A stretch of DNA of 64,000 bases, taken from contig CAYWAV010000005.1 in assembly GCA_964456225.1 (NCBI GenBank), positions 5,160 to 69,159 on the forward strand, given 5' to 3'. The translations under genes were made by a program, and so were the position numbers. The notes below the pieces were generated by a model. That model saw nothing but the letters and a program-made list of their open reading frames with translations. It searched no databases and was not told the DNA's origin. This DNA comes from an uncultured Chitinophaga sp. Its GTDB lineage: Bacteria; Bacteroidota; Bacteroidia; 2-12-FULL-35-15. Below, one piece after another: positions 39,888-50,264 of the stretch. The number at the start of each line of letters is the position of its first letter. Within the stretch, counting starts at the first letter, position 1.

Positions 39888-39950
39888 ATGTTTAAAAAAT
39901 AAAATCTCGCCCCGAGCTTTCGGTGCGGGACATATTTAAAATGTTGTTTT

Positions 39951-40586
39951 TTAATATTTACTTTTCCAATTTTTATATTCGGATGCATCAATTTGTCTTA
40001 AGATAGCTTTAATAGCTCCTGCCCAATAATTTTTCATTCCAATGCCTGCTGCTTTTCCGGTCATTTTTTCGCATACTAAAACCTTTTTAGTAGCAATGTC
40101 AAAGAAAACTACGTATAAAGAAGCCATTTGTGTTGTTTTATTAAAGTTCTCAATTACCATTGATACTCCAATTCCCTGTTTTTTTACATCTGCTTTATAG
40201 TTTTTAACCATTGCATCTACCGCTGATTTATCAATTGTTCCTTCGTTATAAACCATGCATGCATCCACATCTATTTTAGTGTTCAATTCATTGATGGACT
40301 TTAAATCGTAAAGAACATTGTCTTTTCGAAATACTTTTTTGAAATCAAAATGTTGTGGTTCATTCGCGATTAAAGCGTTCCAACTTGGAATCCATTTTGT
40401 TTTCATATCAGAACCTGTTGCAGGGGCTATTCCTGCACCTTGATCAAATGCTCCAACAAATTTTGCTTTTGTAAAATCCAATCCAAACCAAACAATTTCG
40501 GTAGAGGATAAAGCTGATTTTGCATCTTGTGCTTTTGCAATTGTTCCGCTAGCAATGACCAGCAACGATAAAATTATTTTTTTCAT
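39951..40586 (-). CDS. Hypothetical periplasmic protein
   Basis: Signal peptide MKKIILSLLVIASGTIAKAQ. The internal ATG is preferred over the ORF start at 40616. Confidence 0.55.
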   Translation of the reverse strand: MKKIILSLLVIASGTIAKAQDAKSALSSTEIVWFGLDFTKAKFVGAFDQGAGIAPATGSDMKTKWIPSWNALIANEPQHFDFKKVFRKDNVLYDLKSINELNTKIDVDACMVYNEGTIDKSAVDAMVKNYKADVKKQGIGVSMVIENFNKTTQMASLYVVFFDIATKKVLVCEKMTGKAAGIGMKNYWAGAIKAILRQIDASEYKNWKSKY

Positions 40587-40608
40587 ATTCGTGTTAATTT
40601 TAATATTA

Positions 40609-43080
40609 TTATTCAATGATTAACATTTCAACGCGTCTGTTTTTCTGACGACCTGTTTCTGTTTTATTATCAGCAATTGGTTTTTTAGAACCGAACCATT
40701 CAGCTTTAAATCTATCAGCTGCAATGCCCTTGCTTACTAAATAATTTTGAACTGCTTTCGCACGTTTTTCTGATAATTTCAAATTTTTCGCTTTGTCACC
40801 TTGACTATCAGTATGCCCTGAAATTTTCAATCTCCATAACGGTTTTTTAGCCATTAAAGCTGCTAATTCATCCAACGAAGTAAGTGATTCAGGTTTGATA
40901 ACATCTTTTGCAGTTGCAAATTCTAAGTTATCAAATGCTTTTTTCAAGACTTCTTCTTCTTCTTTGTTTAACTTAATAGCAACATCTTTGTTGTCTTCTG
41001 GCTTCAATTTGTTGTCAACTACTTTTAGTACAATAAAACGGAAGTAGCGATCTTTCTTAGCATCTCTGATTGCTTTTTTAGCAATCCCGCCTACTACAAC
41101 TTTCACTTCAGTGTAAACTTCGGTGTTCTCACCTTCTAAGCTGAATATTACTAATTCGTCAGCAGGAAGTTCATCAAAGTTGAAACTGCCATCTTTTGCT
41201 TGAACTGCAGTTCTTAAAGTGTTGCCTTGTGAATCAATCAAAATTAATTTCACTTCAGGGCAACCATTGTTGGTTACAGGACCTGGTTTGTCAGGACACT
41301 CGTCTTCTTTATCCATCACGCCATCAGCATCTCTATCAGGGCAACCTTTGAATTCAGGTAATCCTGCTTCATCCGGACAATCATCTTCTTTGTCCATGAT
41401 TTTATCTCCATCTTTATCAGGGCAACCATTAAATTCTGGAATACCTGGATCATCCGGGCAAGCATCTTGTTTATCGATAATCTTATCTCCATCTCTATCA
41501 GGGCAACCTTGGAACTCAGGCATTCCTGGTTCATCCGGACAAGCATCATCTTTATCTTGGATATGGTCACCATCACGATCTGGACAACCTAGGAATTCCC
41601 ATGTTCCCGGAACTTCTTTACATTTATCTTTTTTGTCAGATACTTTATCTTTGTCTTTATCTCTTGGTCTGCGATACATGATTGGGATTTTCAACATTGC
41701 ATACGCATCCGCTCCGTAAATTTTACTGTTCGTAATCCATGGACCTAAGCTGTTTGTTCCAACAATCAATGGTCCGACTCGTAGTGCAATACCGGCTTTA
41801 AAATTTCCGGTTAAATCATAAGAGAATGGTAGGAATGCTCCGAACCACTTATGATCCCATCTTGGAGTAATACTAAATGTTGTAAGATCGTGTACTTTTT
41901 CTGCATCTTTTTTGAAGCGAGGCGACCAATATGCCGTGAAGTTTGCATAAAAATCTTTATGAATGTGATAATCTACTTGCAAGGCAAGTGCCGTAGGTAG
42001 ATTCATTCTATAATATTCATCTCCTTTGTTCATTGGGTAGTTAGCATTCAAGAGACTATCGAAACTATCGAATGAATTTACGCTATCAAATTCATGAAGG
42101 TTCCAGAGATTAATATCTGCCGTAAAGTTTCTTGAGTAAGTTCCTTTTTTGAATTTTGCATAACCAATATCTACAGCAGAAAGACCAACTTTTAATTTGT
42201 ATTTATTTTGATCTCTTCTCCACAATCCTGTTTCGCCATCCATATCATATTTGAATGTTTCAAAATCAGGACGGAATTCATAAACTACACCAAGGTCAAG
42301 TCCCCAAGAGAAGAGAGACGTGTTTTTAAATCCGGGTTCAATTTTATCTCCTTCATAAGTGGAAGAGTGGCCATAACTTACATCGGAGTGAAAAAGGGAA
42401 AGGGTGGTATCATTTGTAAAATTGTAATCAAGATCTCTAATGTTCATATATGCAGATTGAATCCCTTGAATATATTTTACAGTTATACCGGCTTTGAAAG
42501 CATGTGCTCCATCGTCTTTAAATACATGGCCGTAACAGAGTGCGTACTCTGCCCATGTCATTGTTTGTGCGCTAAAATCCTGATTGCTATGTCTCTGAAG
42601 CCACAGTGATGAATCTAGCAACTCGCTGTAGGCCAGTTTAGCCAATTCAGGTTCTAGTCCGTCCACATTGATGATTGTCCGCACTTTCGTCTTTAATGCA
42701 AATGCATTTTTTTGATTGATGCTTATCAGAAATGATGGGCCATAGATTTGATTGGAAAAATAAAGCGACTTATTAATATTGTTATTACGAGGAGTCAGAT
42801 AATGTTCTCTGAATAGTGTATCATCAAAAGCAAAATAATGCCCGTGTTTGTCTTTTTTTAGGGCACTTCTATCCATTCCAACGTAATTGTTGTATAGCCC
42901 TATGCTAACACCGGCAAGGCAGATGTCTGTTTTGTATCGACTATCAACAACATTTGCAGGGTTTAAGTCCGTTCCCGTTACTCCGGAATAATTACTGTTG
43001 ATATATCCAAGAAAATCTTGTGCAAAAGCAGAGCTTGTTGCCAATACTACAGACGCAAGTAATAAAGTGATTTTTTTCAT
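40609..43080 (-). CDS. OmpA-family outer-membrane protein with thrombospondin type-3 (TSP3) calcium-binding repeats
   Basis: Signal peptide, an N-terminal porin-like region, about 7 DxDxDGxxDxxDxCP repeats, and a C-terminal OmpA domain (SGHTDSQGD...NRRVEMLI). Confidence 0.85.
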   Translation of the reverse strand: MKKITLLLASVVLATSSAFAQDFLGYINSNYSGVTGTDLNPANVVDSRYKTDICLAGVSIGLYNNYVGMDRSALKKDKHGHYFAFDDTLFREHYLTPRNNNINKSLYFSNQIYGPSFLISINQKNAFALKTKVRTIINVDGLEPELAKLAYSELLDSSLWLQRHSNQDFSAQTMTWAEYALCYGHVFKDDGAHAFKAGITVKYIQGIQSAYMNIRDLDYNFTNDTTLSLFHSDVSYGHSSTYEGDKIEPGFKNTSLFSWGLDLGVVYEFRPDFETFKYDMDGETGLWRRDQNKYKLKVGLSAVDIGYAKFKKGTYSRNFTADINLWNLHEFDSVNSFDSFDSLLNANYPMNKGDEYYRMNLPTALALQVDYHIHKDFYANFTAYWSPRFKKDAEKVHDLTTFSITPRWDHKWFGAFLPFSYDLTGNFKAGIALRVGPLIVGTNSLGPWITNSKIYGADAYAMLKIPIMYRRPRDKDKDKVSDKKDKCKEVPGTWEFLGCPDRDGDHIQDKDDACPDEPGMPEFQGCPDRDGDKIIDKQDACPDDPGIPEFNGCPDKDGDKIMDKEDDCPDEAGLPEFKGCPDRDADGVMDKEDECPDKPGPVTNNGCPEVKLILIDSQGNTLRTAVQAKDGSFNFDELPADELVIFSLEGENTEVYTEVKVVVGGIAKKAIRDAKKDRYFRFIVLKVVDNKLKPEDNKDVAIKLNKEEEEVLKKAFDNLEFATAKDVIKPESLTSLDELAALMAKKPLWRLKISGHTDSQGDKAKNLKLSEKRAKAVQNYLVSKGIAADRFKAEWFGSKKPIADNKTETGRQKNRRVEMLIIE
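41285..41645. repeat. Tandem ~81-nt coding repeats (TSP3 units) inside the OmpA-family gene
   Basis: Repeated catccggacaa/gcatc...tatcagggcaacc units. They produce the spurious SGQP-repeat ORF on the opposite strand. Confidence 0.6.
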
Positions 43081-43119
43081 ACGGTTGGGTGTAAATTTTA
43101 CCGAATAAAGATATGAAAA

Positions 43120-45858
43120 TTACTTCAATTGGTATACAAAAATAGAATTTTCGGAGCTTCCGGTAATAAGGTTGTAATGTCCTTCGCTATTCATATCGCC
43201 AATGGAGAATGCGGTTTTTCCGTTTAATGGAAATCCTTCAAATAAAGAACCGTTGTTATTAAATAAAAAGAGCTCATTTGATTCTTCTGCAGCAACTCCG
43301 AGCAACGCATTTCCATCCGGAAATAAGAAAAATTGCGGAGTTTGTGATATTTTATTTTCAAAATTATATTTAAAAAGTAGTGATTTGTCTTGCGAAAAAA
43401 CTTTTAATTCATTTCTCGTTAAAAAGATAAACTCTTTAGTTTTATCATTATTAATATCTTTTAAATCGAAGTATGGAGTAGTTTCAAAATCTTGAATCTT
43501 GATACTTTCTTTATGATTTGCCAGATTTATTTTTATGATGTTTCCGAGTGTGTCGGCAGCAATTAAATACGTTTTAGTATAATCTTTTCCTGACTCAACA
43601 AAGAAATTTCGTATTCCTTGTTCCATTCGTTCTTTCATATTTACTTTAACATCGCCTTTTCTGTCTAAGATGTAAATTTTTCCTTTAACATCAATTGCAC
43701 ATAAATGATCTTTGTTGTTGGCGATAAAATACTGTACAGGTAAAAATACCTGATCAGTTGTTTTATCAAATGCAAATGCTGTTACTTGTTCGCCATTGGC
43801 TTTATAACATACAATACGTTTGTTTTCTGTAGCAATAAAAATGCGGTAGTCACGATTTTTTTCATAATCCATAACCGAAATTGCATTTGTGGCTGGTGAT
43901 CTAAGCTTGATTGGGAATCCATCCATAATATTTCCGTTTCTATCAAACAGATAAATGAGAGAGCGTGTATTGAATAACATTTGAAGCTTATCATTTTTTA
44001 AAACATCAACCTGAATCACATCACTCATTATTTTTTCATTCAATTGTTTGGTCCAGATAATTTTTCCGGTATTGCTAATAAGATAAATTTTATTAGCATC
44101 ATCCTGAACAAACACTTCTTTCCCGTTTGTTTTGTGATTTATAAGTAAGTAGGGTCTGCTGCTGATGGTTGTGTCTAGTTTGCTCTCCCAAAGAGTTCCT
44201 GTTTGTTTTTTTTGTTCAGGATTGTATTTTAAATAAATATTGCTGTAGAACAATTTATTGTTTGCTGAAAACTGGATGCCAACAGCCTCGAATTTCTTCA
44301 GTAAATCTTCTTTTAAATTTAACTCATTGGCTAACTCTTCCTTAATAAATTTGTTGTAAACATTTTTAGACCGAGCAATTGCATTGTATAAATAAATGTT
44401 TGATTCAGCAGAGATGTTTTCAGAAAACGCTTTGTAATTTTTATCGTTGGACAATGTTTTGTGACTTTCTATTTCATCTAAATAATATTTTAAAGCAGCT
44501 GAAGTGTTTGCAAACACAATGTAATTGTCTATAGATGTAAAGTAGTTTGCTTTGATTTTTTCGAATTGCTTTCCTAATAAATTCGGTAAAAGATTTTCGA
44601 TGTTCAGTAGGTTGATCTTATATCCTTTGTAAGATGACGAATCTTTGCTTTCTTCTCTGCCAGTATTTACACTTAGCTCATTTAATGTATTAATTGCTTC
44701 TTCTATATTGTTTGAGCGGATGATGGCGTAGGAGTTGTTGGCAAAATTACTATTCTCAGGCTCTGTAATTACCAATGCCATTTCATTGTCCATCCAGCTT
44801 AACATCTGTTCTTCAATATCCGTTTTATATTGTTGGTTAATTTTCTGAATGAATGTATTGTATTCTATTATACGATTTTTTGCTTTTAAATAATTTTTGT
44901 AATCTTCGTGATATGTTTTTACATCACTTATTCCTAAAAATAAAAAAGCAGAAACACTTGAAGGAATAATTTTTATCACTTCTGCTTCTTGTGGTTTTTG
45001 TTTGTTGAATAAACTCAAAAAACGTTTGCTCGAATCATTTGCCGATGTAAACCCGGAAAGTATTAATGCATTTGGTTTTATTGATATATCCCAGCTCGAA
45101 CAATCAGCAAAATTGGATAAGGTTAAAAATGTTTTTTCGGATGTTGGAAATAAAGCAGAAGCAGAGAGCTCAGCAATCTTTTCGTAATTGATGTAAATGT
45201 TTGCATCAACATTTTTACCTGCTGTGCGAATGACTTTGCTGAAATTTTTATCGTTATTTAAAGATTTTCCTGATTTCAGCTGGCGGATAGAAGTTTGTAC
45301 AAGCTCTTGATTAATACTCATAATTAAAACACCATTAACGATGGCGCAATAAAAACTGTTTGATTGGTTGGTGGCAATTGAATTAATAGTTTCTCCTTCA
45401 AACTCTGAAGTAAGGGCTGGTAGTTTTTTGAACTGTATTTTTTCTTTTAAATAATCTTCTATGCTGCTTTTGTAAGTCAGGTTGGGCAGACTATAAATAT
45501 AAAGCAGATCAAAATTGTTTTTGCCGGTTGTGTGTGCAGAAATATAAATGGAATGTTCGTCAAGCAGCTGTGATATTTCCGGAGCGGATTGTAGGATGGA
45601 ATCAAAATAGATTCCTTGTCGGTTTATTTTAGAAATGATCTCGGTACCCAGCAACTCTTCCCACATGATATTGGTTTGTGATAATTTTTTCCAGGTGCTT
45701 TTAGATTGTTTGCTTTCAAAAATAATGGCGGCATCAATTGGAATGGCATTTATTCCTTCGCTGATCGGTACCAGGGATTCTTTGGTGTGAAAAAACCAAT
45801 ACCCTCCGCCAATAAGAATAGCAGAGATAACAATTCCGAAGATGATATTTCTTGTCAT
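43120..45858 (-). CDS. Large N-terminally anchored hypothetical protein (DUF3352-like N-terminus; C-terminal beta-propeller-like region)
   Basis: N-terminal TM IIFGIVISAILIGGGYWFF and a 912-aa length. No catalytic motifs recognised. Confidence 0.6.
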   Translation of the reverse strand: MTRNIIFGIVISAILIGGGYWFFHTKESLVPISEGINAIPIDAAIIFESKQSKSTWKKLSQTNIMWEELLGTEIISKINRQGIYFDSILQSAPEISQLLDEHSIYISAHTTGKNNFDLLYIYSLPNLTYKSSIEDYLKEKIQFKKLPALTSEFEGETINSIATNQSNSFYCAIVNGVLIMSINQELVQTSIRQLKSGKSLNNDKNFSKVIRTAGKNVDANIYINYEKIAELSASALFPTSEKTFLTLSNFADCSSWDISIKPNALILSGFTSANDSSKRFLSLFNKQKPQEAEVIKIIPSSVSAFLFLGISDVKTYHEDYKNYLKAKNRIIEYNTFIQKINQQYKTDIEEQMLSWMDNEMALVITEPENSNFANNSYAIIRSNNIEEAINTLNELSVNTGREESKDSSSYKGYKINLLNIENLLPNLLGKQFEKIKANYFTSIDNYIVFANTSAALKYYLDEIESHKTLSNDKNYKAFSENISAESNIYLYNAIARSKNVYNKFIKEELANELNLKEDLLKKFEAVGIQFSANNKLFYSNIYLKYNPEQKKQTGTLWESKLDTTISSRPYLLINHKTNGKEVFVQDDANKIYLISNTGKIIWTKQLNEKIMSDVIQVDVLKNDKLQMLFNTRSLIYLFDRNGNIMDGFPIKLRSPATNAISVMDYEKNRDYRIFIATENKRIVCYKANGEQVTAFAFDKTTDQVFLPVQYFIANNKDHLCAIDVKGKIYILDRKGDVKVNMKERMEQGIRNFFVESGKDYTKTYLIAADTLGNIIKINLANHKESIKIQDFETTPYFDLKDINNDKTKEFIFLTRNELKVFSQDKSLLFKYNFENKISQTPQFFLFPDGNALLGVAAEESNELFLFNNNGSLFEGFPLNGKTAFSIGDMNSEGHYNLITGSSENSIFVYQLK

Positions 45859-45933
45859 TTACACTACTAAATTAGGTAAATGGAGTGCTGATATCCCCTT
45901 ATTTGGATGTATTTACTAACAACGAACTGCTAA

Positions 45934-46533
45934 TTAAAGTTCCAGCTTCAGCTGGTCAGGTAATTGCTTAAAGCTGGTACGATGATGAATAGTTATTCCG
46001 TGTTGTTGAATGGCTTTGCGGTGACTAGCGGTTGCGTAAGCACGATTATGGAGCCAATCATAGTGTGGAAATTCTTCATGTAATTCATCCATCAAATCAT
46101 CGCGGTAGGTTTTTGCTAAGATAGAAGCTGCAGCAATGCTTAAATAAATTCCATCACCTTGGATGATGCAATTGTGTGGGATGCTTTTGTATTTCTTAAA
46201 ACGGTTTCCATCAATAAGGAGACTTTCAGGAACGGTTTTTAATTGATCCAATGCGCGATGCATTGCTAAAAAAGATGCATTTAGAATATTTATTTCGTCA
46301 ATTTCTTCTACACTTACTATTCCTACAGCCCATGCAATAGCAGATTCTTCAATAATCGGACGTAATTCTTTTCGCTGTTTATCGGTTAATTTTTTTGAGT
46401 CGTTTAATAATTTATTTTTGAAATTTTTAGGAAGAATTACAGCTGCTGCATGAACGGGTCCTGCTAAACAGCCTCTTCCTGCTTCATCGCAGCCGGCTTC
46501 AATTAGTATTTTATTTAAATATTTTTTAAGCAT
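45934..46533 (-). CDS. rnhB: Ribonuclease HII
   Basis: [14 protein letters not shown] active-site motif. The start at MLKKY (46533) abuts the upstream gene's stop. Confidence 0.9.
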   Translation of the reverse strand: MLKKYLNKILIEAGCDEAGRGCLAGPVHAAAVILPKNFKNKLLNDSKKLTDKQRKELRPIIEESAIAWAVGIVSVEEIDEINILNASFLAMHRALDQLKTVPESLLIDGNRFKKYKSIPHNCIIQGDGIYLSIAAASILAKTYRDDLMDELHEEFPHYDWLHNRAYATASHRKAIQQHGITIHHRTSFKQLPDQLKLEL

Positions 46534-47653
46534 GCACCGTTTTTTCAATACTTTGCCACAATGCTTCGGCCGTTTTATCCCAACTAAAATCAAGTTTTCT
46601 TTTTCTGCCTTTTTCAATCAATGTCTTTCTCATATCCGCATCTTTAAAAAGATAAATCATTGCATTGCTGATAGAATCAACAGAGAACGGATCTACTAAA
46701 AGAGCCGCGTCTCCAGCAACTTCAGGCATAGAAGTGATGTTGCTAGTGATAACTGGAGTGTCGCAATTCATCGCTTCCAGTATCGGAATTCCAAATCCTT
46801 CGAAATAGGGAATGTAGGTCATTGCCAATGCAGAAGCAATTACATGATGTAATTCGGTTGAATGTAAGCGACCAGTAAAAATAACATCCTCTTTAAATTT
46901 CATATTCAGGTAAGTGTTTTTTATGTCACTCGTCCAGCGGTATTTTTCTCCCACAATTATTAATTTCACCTCATTCTTTTCACTTGTTTTAAATTTATCG
47001 AACGCTTCAAATAAGCGTGATATATTTTTGCGTGGGTGCAATGCGCCAACAAATAAAAAGTAATCGCAATTGTTTGTATAAGTTTGTTTTGTTTTTAATT
47101 GTAATTCTTTATTGATGGGACTGTACAATTCGTTGCAGCCATTGAATACAACATCAATCAGTTTTCTATCTATGTTATAACAATTGGCGATGTCGTTTTT
47201 AGAAAATTCCGAAACAGTTGCAATTCTTGTTGCTTTGCGAGCGAACTTTGGAAAAAAATGTTTGTAATATTTTCTGACAATCCAAGAAACATCTTTTGGA
47301 TGGTGTTCAAAATTTATATCGTGAATTACTGCTAATTGTTTGCAATTTGCCTTTAGCGACATATATCCATCCGGTGAAAGAAATAAATCAGGCTTATACT
47401 TATTTAAAAAACTAGCAACAGAAAATTCGAACCACCAATAAAATAGAAAAGGGTGACGTGCAGGAGGTGATAAAATGAGTGGTGTTACATTGTCAAAAAA
47501 AATAAAATCTTCATCAAAATCCCTATCGAACAGAAAAACAAAATGGTGCTCCGGATGATCTTCGGTAATACGCTTCAGCGTTTCAAACGTGAACCATCCG
47601 ATTCCTTCGAGCTTGTTTTTGATCAATAATCTTGTATTTACTACTATTTCCAT
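46526..47653 (-). CDS. GT4-family glycosyltransferase
   Basis: [21 protein letters not shown]...[13 protein letters not shown], a GT-B GT4 signature. Confidence 0.85.
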   Translation of the reverse strand: MEIVVNTRLLIKNKLEGIGWFTFETLKRITEDHPEHHFVFLFDRDFDEDFIFFDNVTPLILSPPARHPFLFYWWFEFSVASFLNKYKPDLFLSPDGYMSLKANCKQLAVIHDINFEHHPKDVSWIVRKYYKHFFPKFARKATRIATVSEFSKNDIANCYNIDRKLIDVVFNGCNELYSPINKELQLKTKQTYTNNCDYFLFVGALHPRKNISRLFEAFDKFKTSEKNEVKLIIVGEKYRWTSDIKNTYLNMKFKEDVIFTGRLHSTELHHVIASALAMTYIPYFEGFGIPILEAMNCDTPVITSNITSMPEVAGDAALLVDPFSVDSISNAMIYLFKDADMRKTLIEKGRKRKLDFSWDKTAEALWQSIEKTVHA

Positions 47654-47817
47654 AAATTACACGAAACTCTTTGTCGCTCCATTACTTTTTGCACGCAGAT
47701 CACACAGATTTACGCGGATAAAATTAGGGAATAAGATGAACCCAAAAAGAATCTGCGAAAATCCGCGAGCCTCTTTAGCTACGAAATTACGTAAAAAATC
47801 ATACTTTTACAGCCCGA

Positions 47818-48558
47818 ATGAAAAACGCGATAAAATATATCTTACACAAACTGCTAGGGTTTAAGAATTATCTTTTCATTTTCTCATTGTACAAGATACT
47901 CACATTGAGGAAAGACAAAAATGAAAAAGATTTTTTTGCATTTCTGCACTTGCTTCCTGCTAACACTACTGTATTAGATATAGGAGCAAATATTGGAATT
48001 ATGACGGTGCATCTTGCTCGAACGGTAAAAGGGGTTGCTGTTTATAGTTTTGAGCCAATGCCTAATAATATTGTTGCATTTAAACGTATTATCAAGTATT
48101 TTAAATTGGATAATGTGAAATTATTTGAGATCGCTTTAGGCAATTCAGAAGGGGAAGTGGAAATGGTGATGCCCATTATTTCAAATGTAAAGATGCAAGG
48201 GTTGAGCCATGTTGTACACGATTCTATTCCTGAAAATAATGAAGGAGAGAGAATTCAGGTTCCATTGAAAATGTTGGACAACATGATTGAACTCACAAAT
48301 TGTCCAAAGCGTATCAGCGGAATTAAAATTGATGTTGAAAATTTTGAGTTTTTTGTTTTAGATGGAGCAAAGCAGTTGATCGCAAAAAACAGACCTGTTG
48401 TTTATGCCGAATTGTGGGAAAATGAAAACAGAGAAAAATGTTTCGAGCTTTTTAAGTCATTGAATTATAAGACAATTGTTGTAGTTGACAAGAAAGCCGT
48501 GGAGTTTGATAAAACGATACACAAAACTCAAAATTTTATATTTTTATCAAAGTCTTGA
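47818..48558 (+). CDS. FkbM-family SAM-dependent methyltransferase
   Basis: VLDIGANIGIMTVHLAR SAM-binding motif and typical FkbM length. Confidence 0.75.
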   Translation: MKNAIKYILHKLLGFKNYLFIFSLYKILTLRKDKNEKDFFAFLHLLPANTTVLDIGANIGIMTVHLARTVKGVAVYSFEPMPNNIVAFKRIIKYFKLDNVKLFEIALGNSEGEVEMVMPIISNVKMQGLSHVVHDSIPENNEGERIQVPLKMLDNMIELTNCPKRISGIKIDVENFEFFVLDGAKQLIAKNRPVVYAELWENENREKCFELFKSLNYKTIVVVDKKAVEFDKTIHKTQNFIFLSKS

Positions 48559-48582
48559 GTTTATAATTAATTACATTTAAGA

Positions 48583-50070
48583 ATGCAAAAGAAATTTCTA
48601 ACCAACTTAGGGTTAATTTTATCTTTGAATTTACTAATCAAGCCGATTTATATTTTCGGTATTGAAAAAGCGGTTCAGGAGCAAGTTGGTACCGCAGATT
48701 ATGGAATTTACTTTGCGATTTTAAACTTTTCTTTCCTTTTAACAATCGTTCTTGATTTTGGAATTACCAATTTCAATAACAAGAACATTGCACAGAATAG
48801 CCATCTGTTTACAAAGCATTTTTCCAGTTTATTTACCCTCAAATTGATCCTAGCGGTTATTTACATCATTATTGTGGTTGTAATGGGTTTGGTAGTTGGT
48901 TACGACTCCAGATTAATGAAGTTATTGCTGATTCAGGGTTTCAATATGTTCCTTGTCTTTTTTATCAATTATTTGCGCTCAAATCTAGCCGCATTGCACC
49001 TTTTTAAAACGGATGGAATTATATCTGTGATGGATCGTTCAATACTCATTGTAGCAGGTATTTTTTTACTCAACTCCGGTGTTTTGTATTCCGAAAACGG
49101 CATCATGTATTTTGTATACATGCAAACCTGTTCTCTGTTGCTGACCACTTTCATTGCTTTTTTTATCATTGTTAAAAAAACACATTCTTTTAGATTTAGT
49201 TGGAACTGGCCGTTTTCTTTGATGATCTTGAAAAAAAGTTTTCCTTTTGCCATTCTTACTTTATTAATGTCGTTCTACAACCGTATAGATTCTGTTATGA
49301 TTGAACGGATGCTGCCCGATGGAGATGTGCAGTCAGGTATCTATGCTCAGGGTTTTCGTATTTTGGATGCTACAAATATGATTGCGTTTCTTGTGGCTGG
49401 AGTTCTTTTGCCCGTTTTTTCCAGAATGCTTAAACAAAACGAGTCAGTTGAATCACTTGTAAAATTAATAAGCACTCTTCTTTTAACTCCGGCAATTGTT
49501 ATTGGTGTTGGGTGTGCATTTTACAATACGGAGTTAATTGGCTACTTGTATTATAAAGGCATTGATAAAATAATAAATGCTGAAGAATTGGCTACAGCAA
49601 CACTGCATTTAAGAGAGTCGTCTAAAATATTTAGTTTGTTGATGCTAAGTTTTATTGCCGTGTCAACTTCCTATATTTATGGGACATTGTTAACAGCAAA
49701 TGGGAATATGCGCCAAATGAATTATATGGCTGCATCTGGTATGATTTTGAATATCGTTTTCAATTATATCTTGATTAGGCAATTTGAGGCGTATGGTTCA
49801 TCCATTTCAAGCATGACTACCCAGTTTTTGACCGCAATCATTCAGGTTGCTATTGCCCAAAAGATATTCAAATTCAAAATTAATTACCGCTTAATTAACA
49901 TGTTTATAACCTATTTAGTGGGCGTAATCGCAATAAATTATGGTACTAAAATGCTTCCTTTTGATTGGATGGTAAGTTTTGCCATAATGGTTATTTCTTG
50001 TGGCTTATGGGCTTTTATAACGGGTATTGTCAGCATAAAATCAATGTTTCGACTGCTTAAATACGGATAA
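48583..50070 (+). CDS. Polysaccharide biosynthesis protein / oligosaccharide flippase (Wzx-like, MOP superfamily)
   Basis: About 12 predicted TM helices with the typical Wzx N-terminus. Confidence 0.8.
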   Translation: MQKKFLTNLGLILSLNLLIKPIYIFGIEKAVQEQVGTADYGIYFAILNFSFLLTIVLDFGITNFNNKNIAQNSHLFTKHFSSLFTLKLILAVIYIIIVVVMGLVVGYDSRLMKLLLIQGFNMFLVFFINYLRSNLAALHLFKTDGIISVMDRSILIVAGIFLLNSGVLYSENGIMYFVYMQTCSLLLTTFIAFFIIVKKTHSFRFSWNWPFSLMILKKSFPFAILTLLMSFYNRIDSVMIERMLPDGDVQSGIYAQGFRILDATNMIAFLVAGVLLPVFSRMLKQNESVESLVKLISTLLLTPAIVIGVGCAFYNTELIGYLYYKGIDKIINAEELATATLHLRESSKIFSLLMLSFIAVSTSYIYGTLLTANGNMRQMNYMAASGMILNIVFNYILIRQFEAYGSSISSMTTQFLTAIIQVAIAQKIFKFKINYRLINMFITYLVGVIAINYGTKMLPFDWMVSFAIMVISCGLWAFITGIVSIKSMFRLLKYG

Positions 50071-50149
50071 TACGGATGTTTAGCCTCTTTGGTATTTTAC
50101 TGAAAATGTAACCGATCAGAGGCGTGCAATCTGCATTTACCATTACTAA

Positions 50150-50179
50150 TTGTGAATTGTCCTTTGGACTAATTCACAA
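50150..50179. promoter_or_regulatory. 30-bp nested perfect palindrome upstream of the Wzz-like genes
   Basis: TTGTGAATT-GTCCtttGGACt-AATTCACAA with no following T-run. Candidate operator or attenuator. Confidence 0.3.
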
Positions 50180-50264
50180 AAAGAAATGGTATAACCCGCT
50201 TAAAATTGGGCAGTTTGCCATTTTTTTCTAATTTTGTTGTCCCATATTCAAATTATACTCATTT

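Noticed and set aside
41219-41719. 166-aa ORF with striking SGQP/LSGQPLNSG repeats on the + strand
   Set aside because: It is the antisense reading of the TSP3 repeat units of the OmpA-family gene (40609..43080, - strand). The repeats are real at the DNA level, but this frame is not a gene.
47589-47864. 91-aa ORF in the GT4/FkbM divergent region
   Set aside because: It overlaps both flanking gene starts in an AT-rich promoter region and has an implausible composition.
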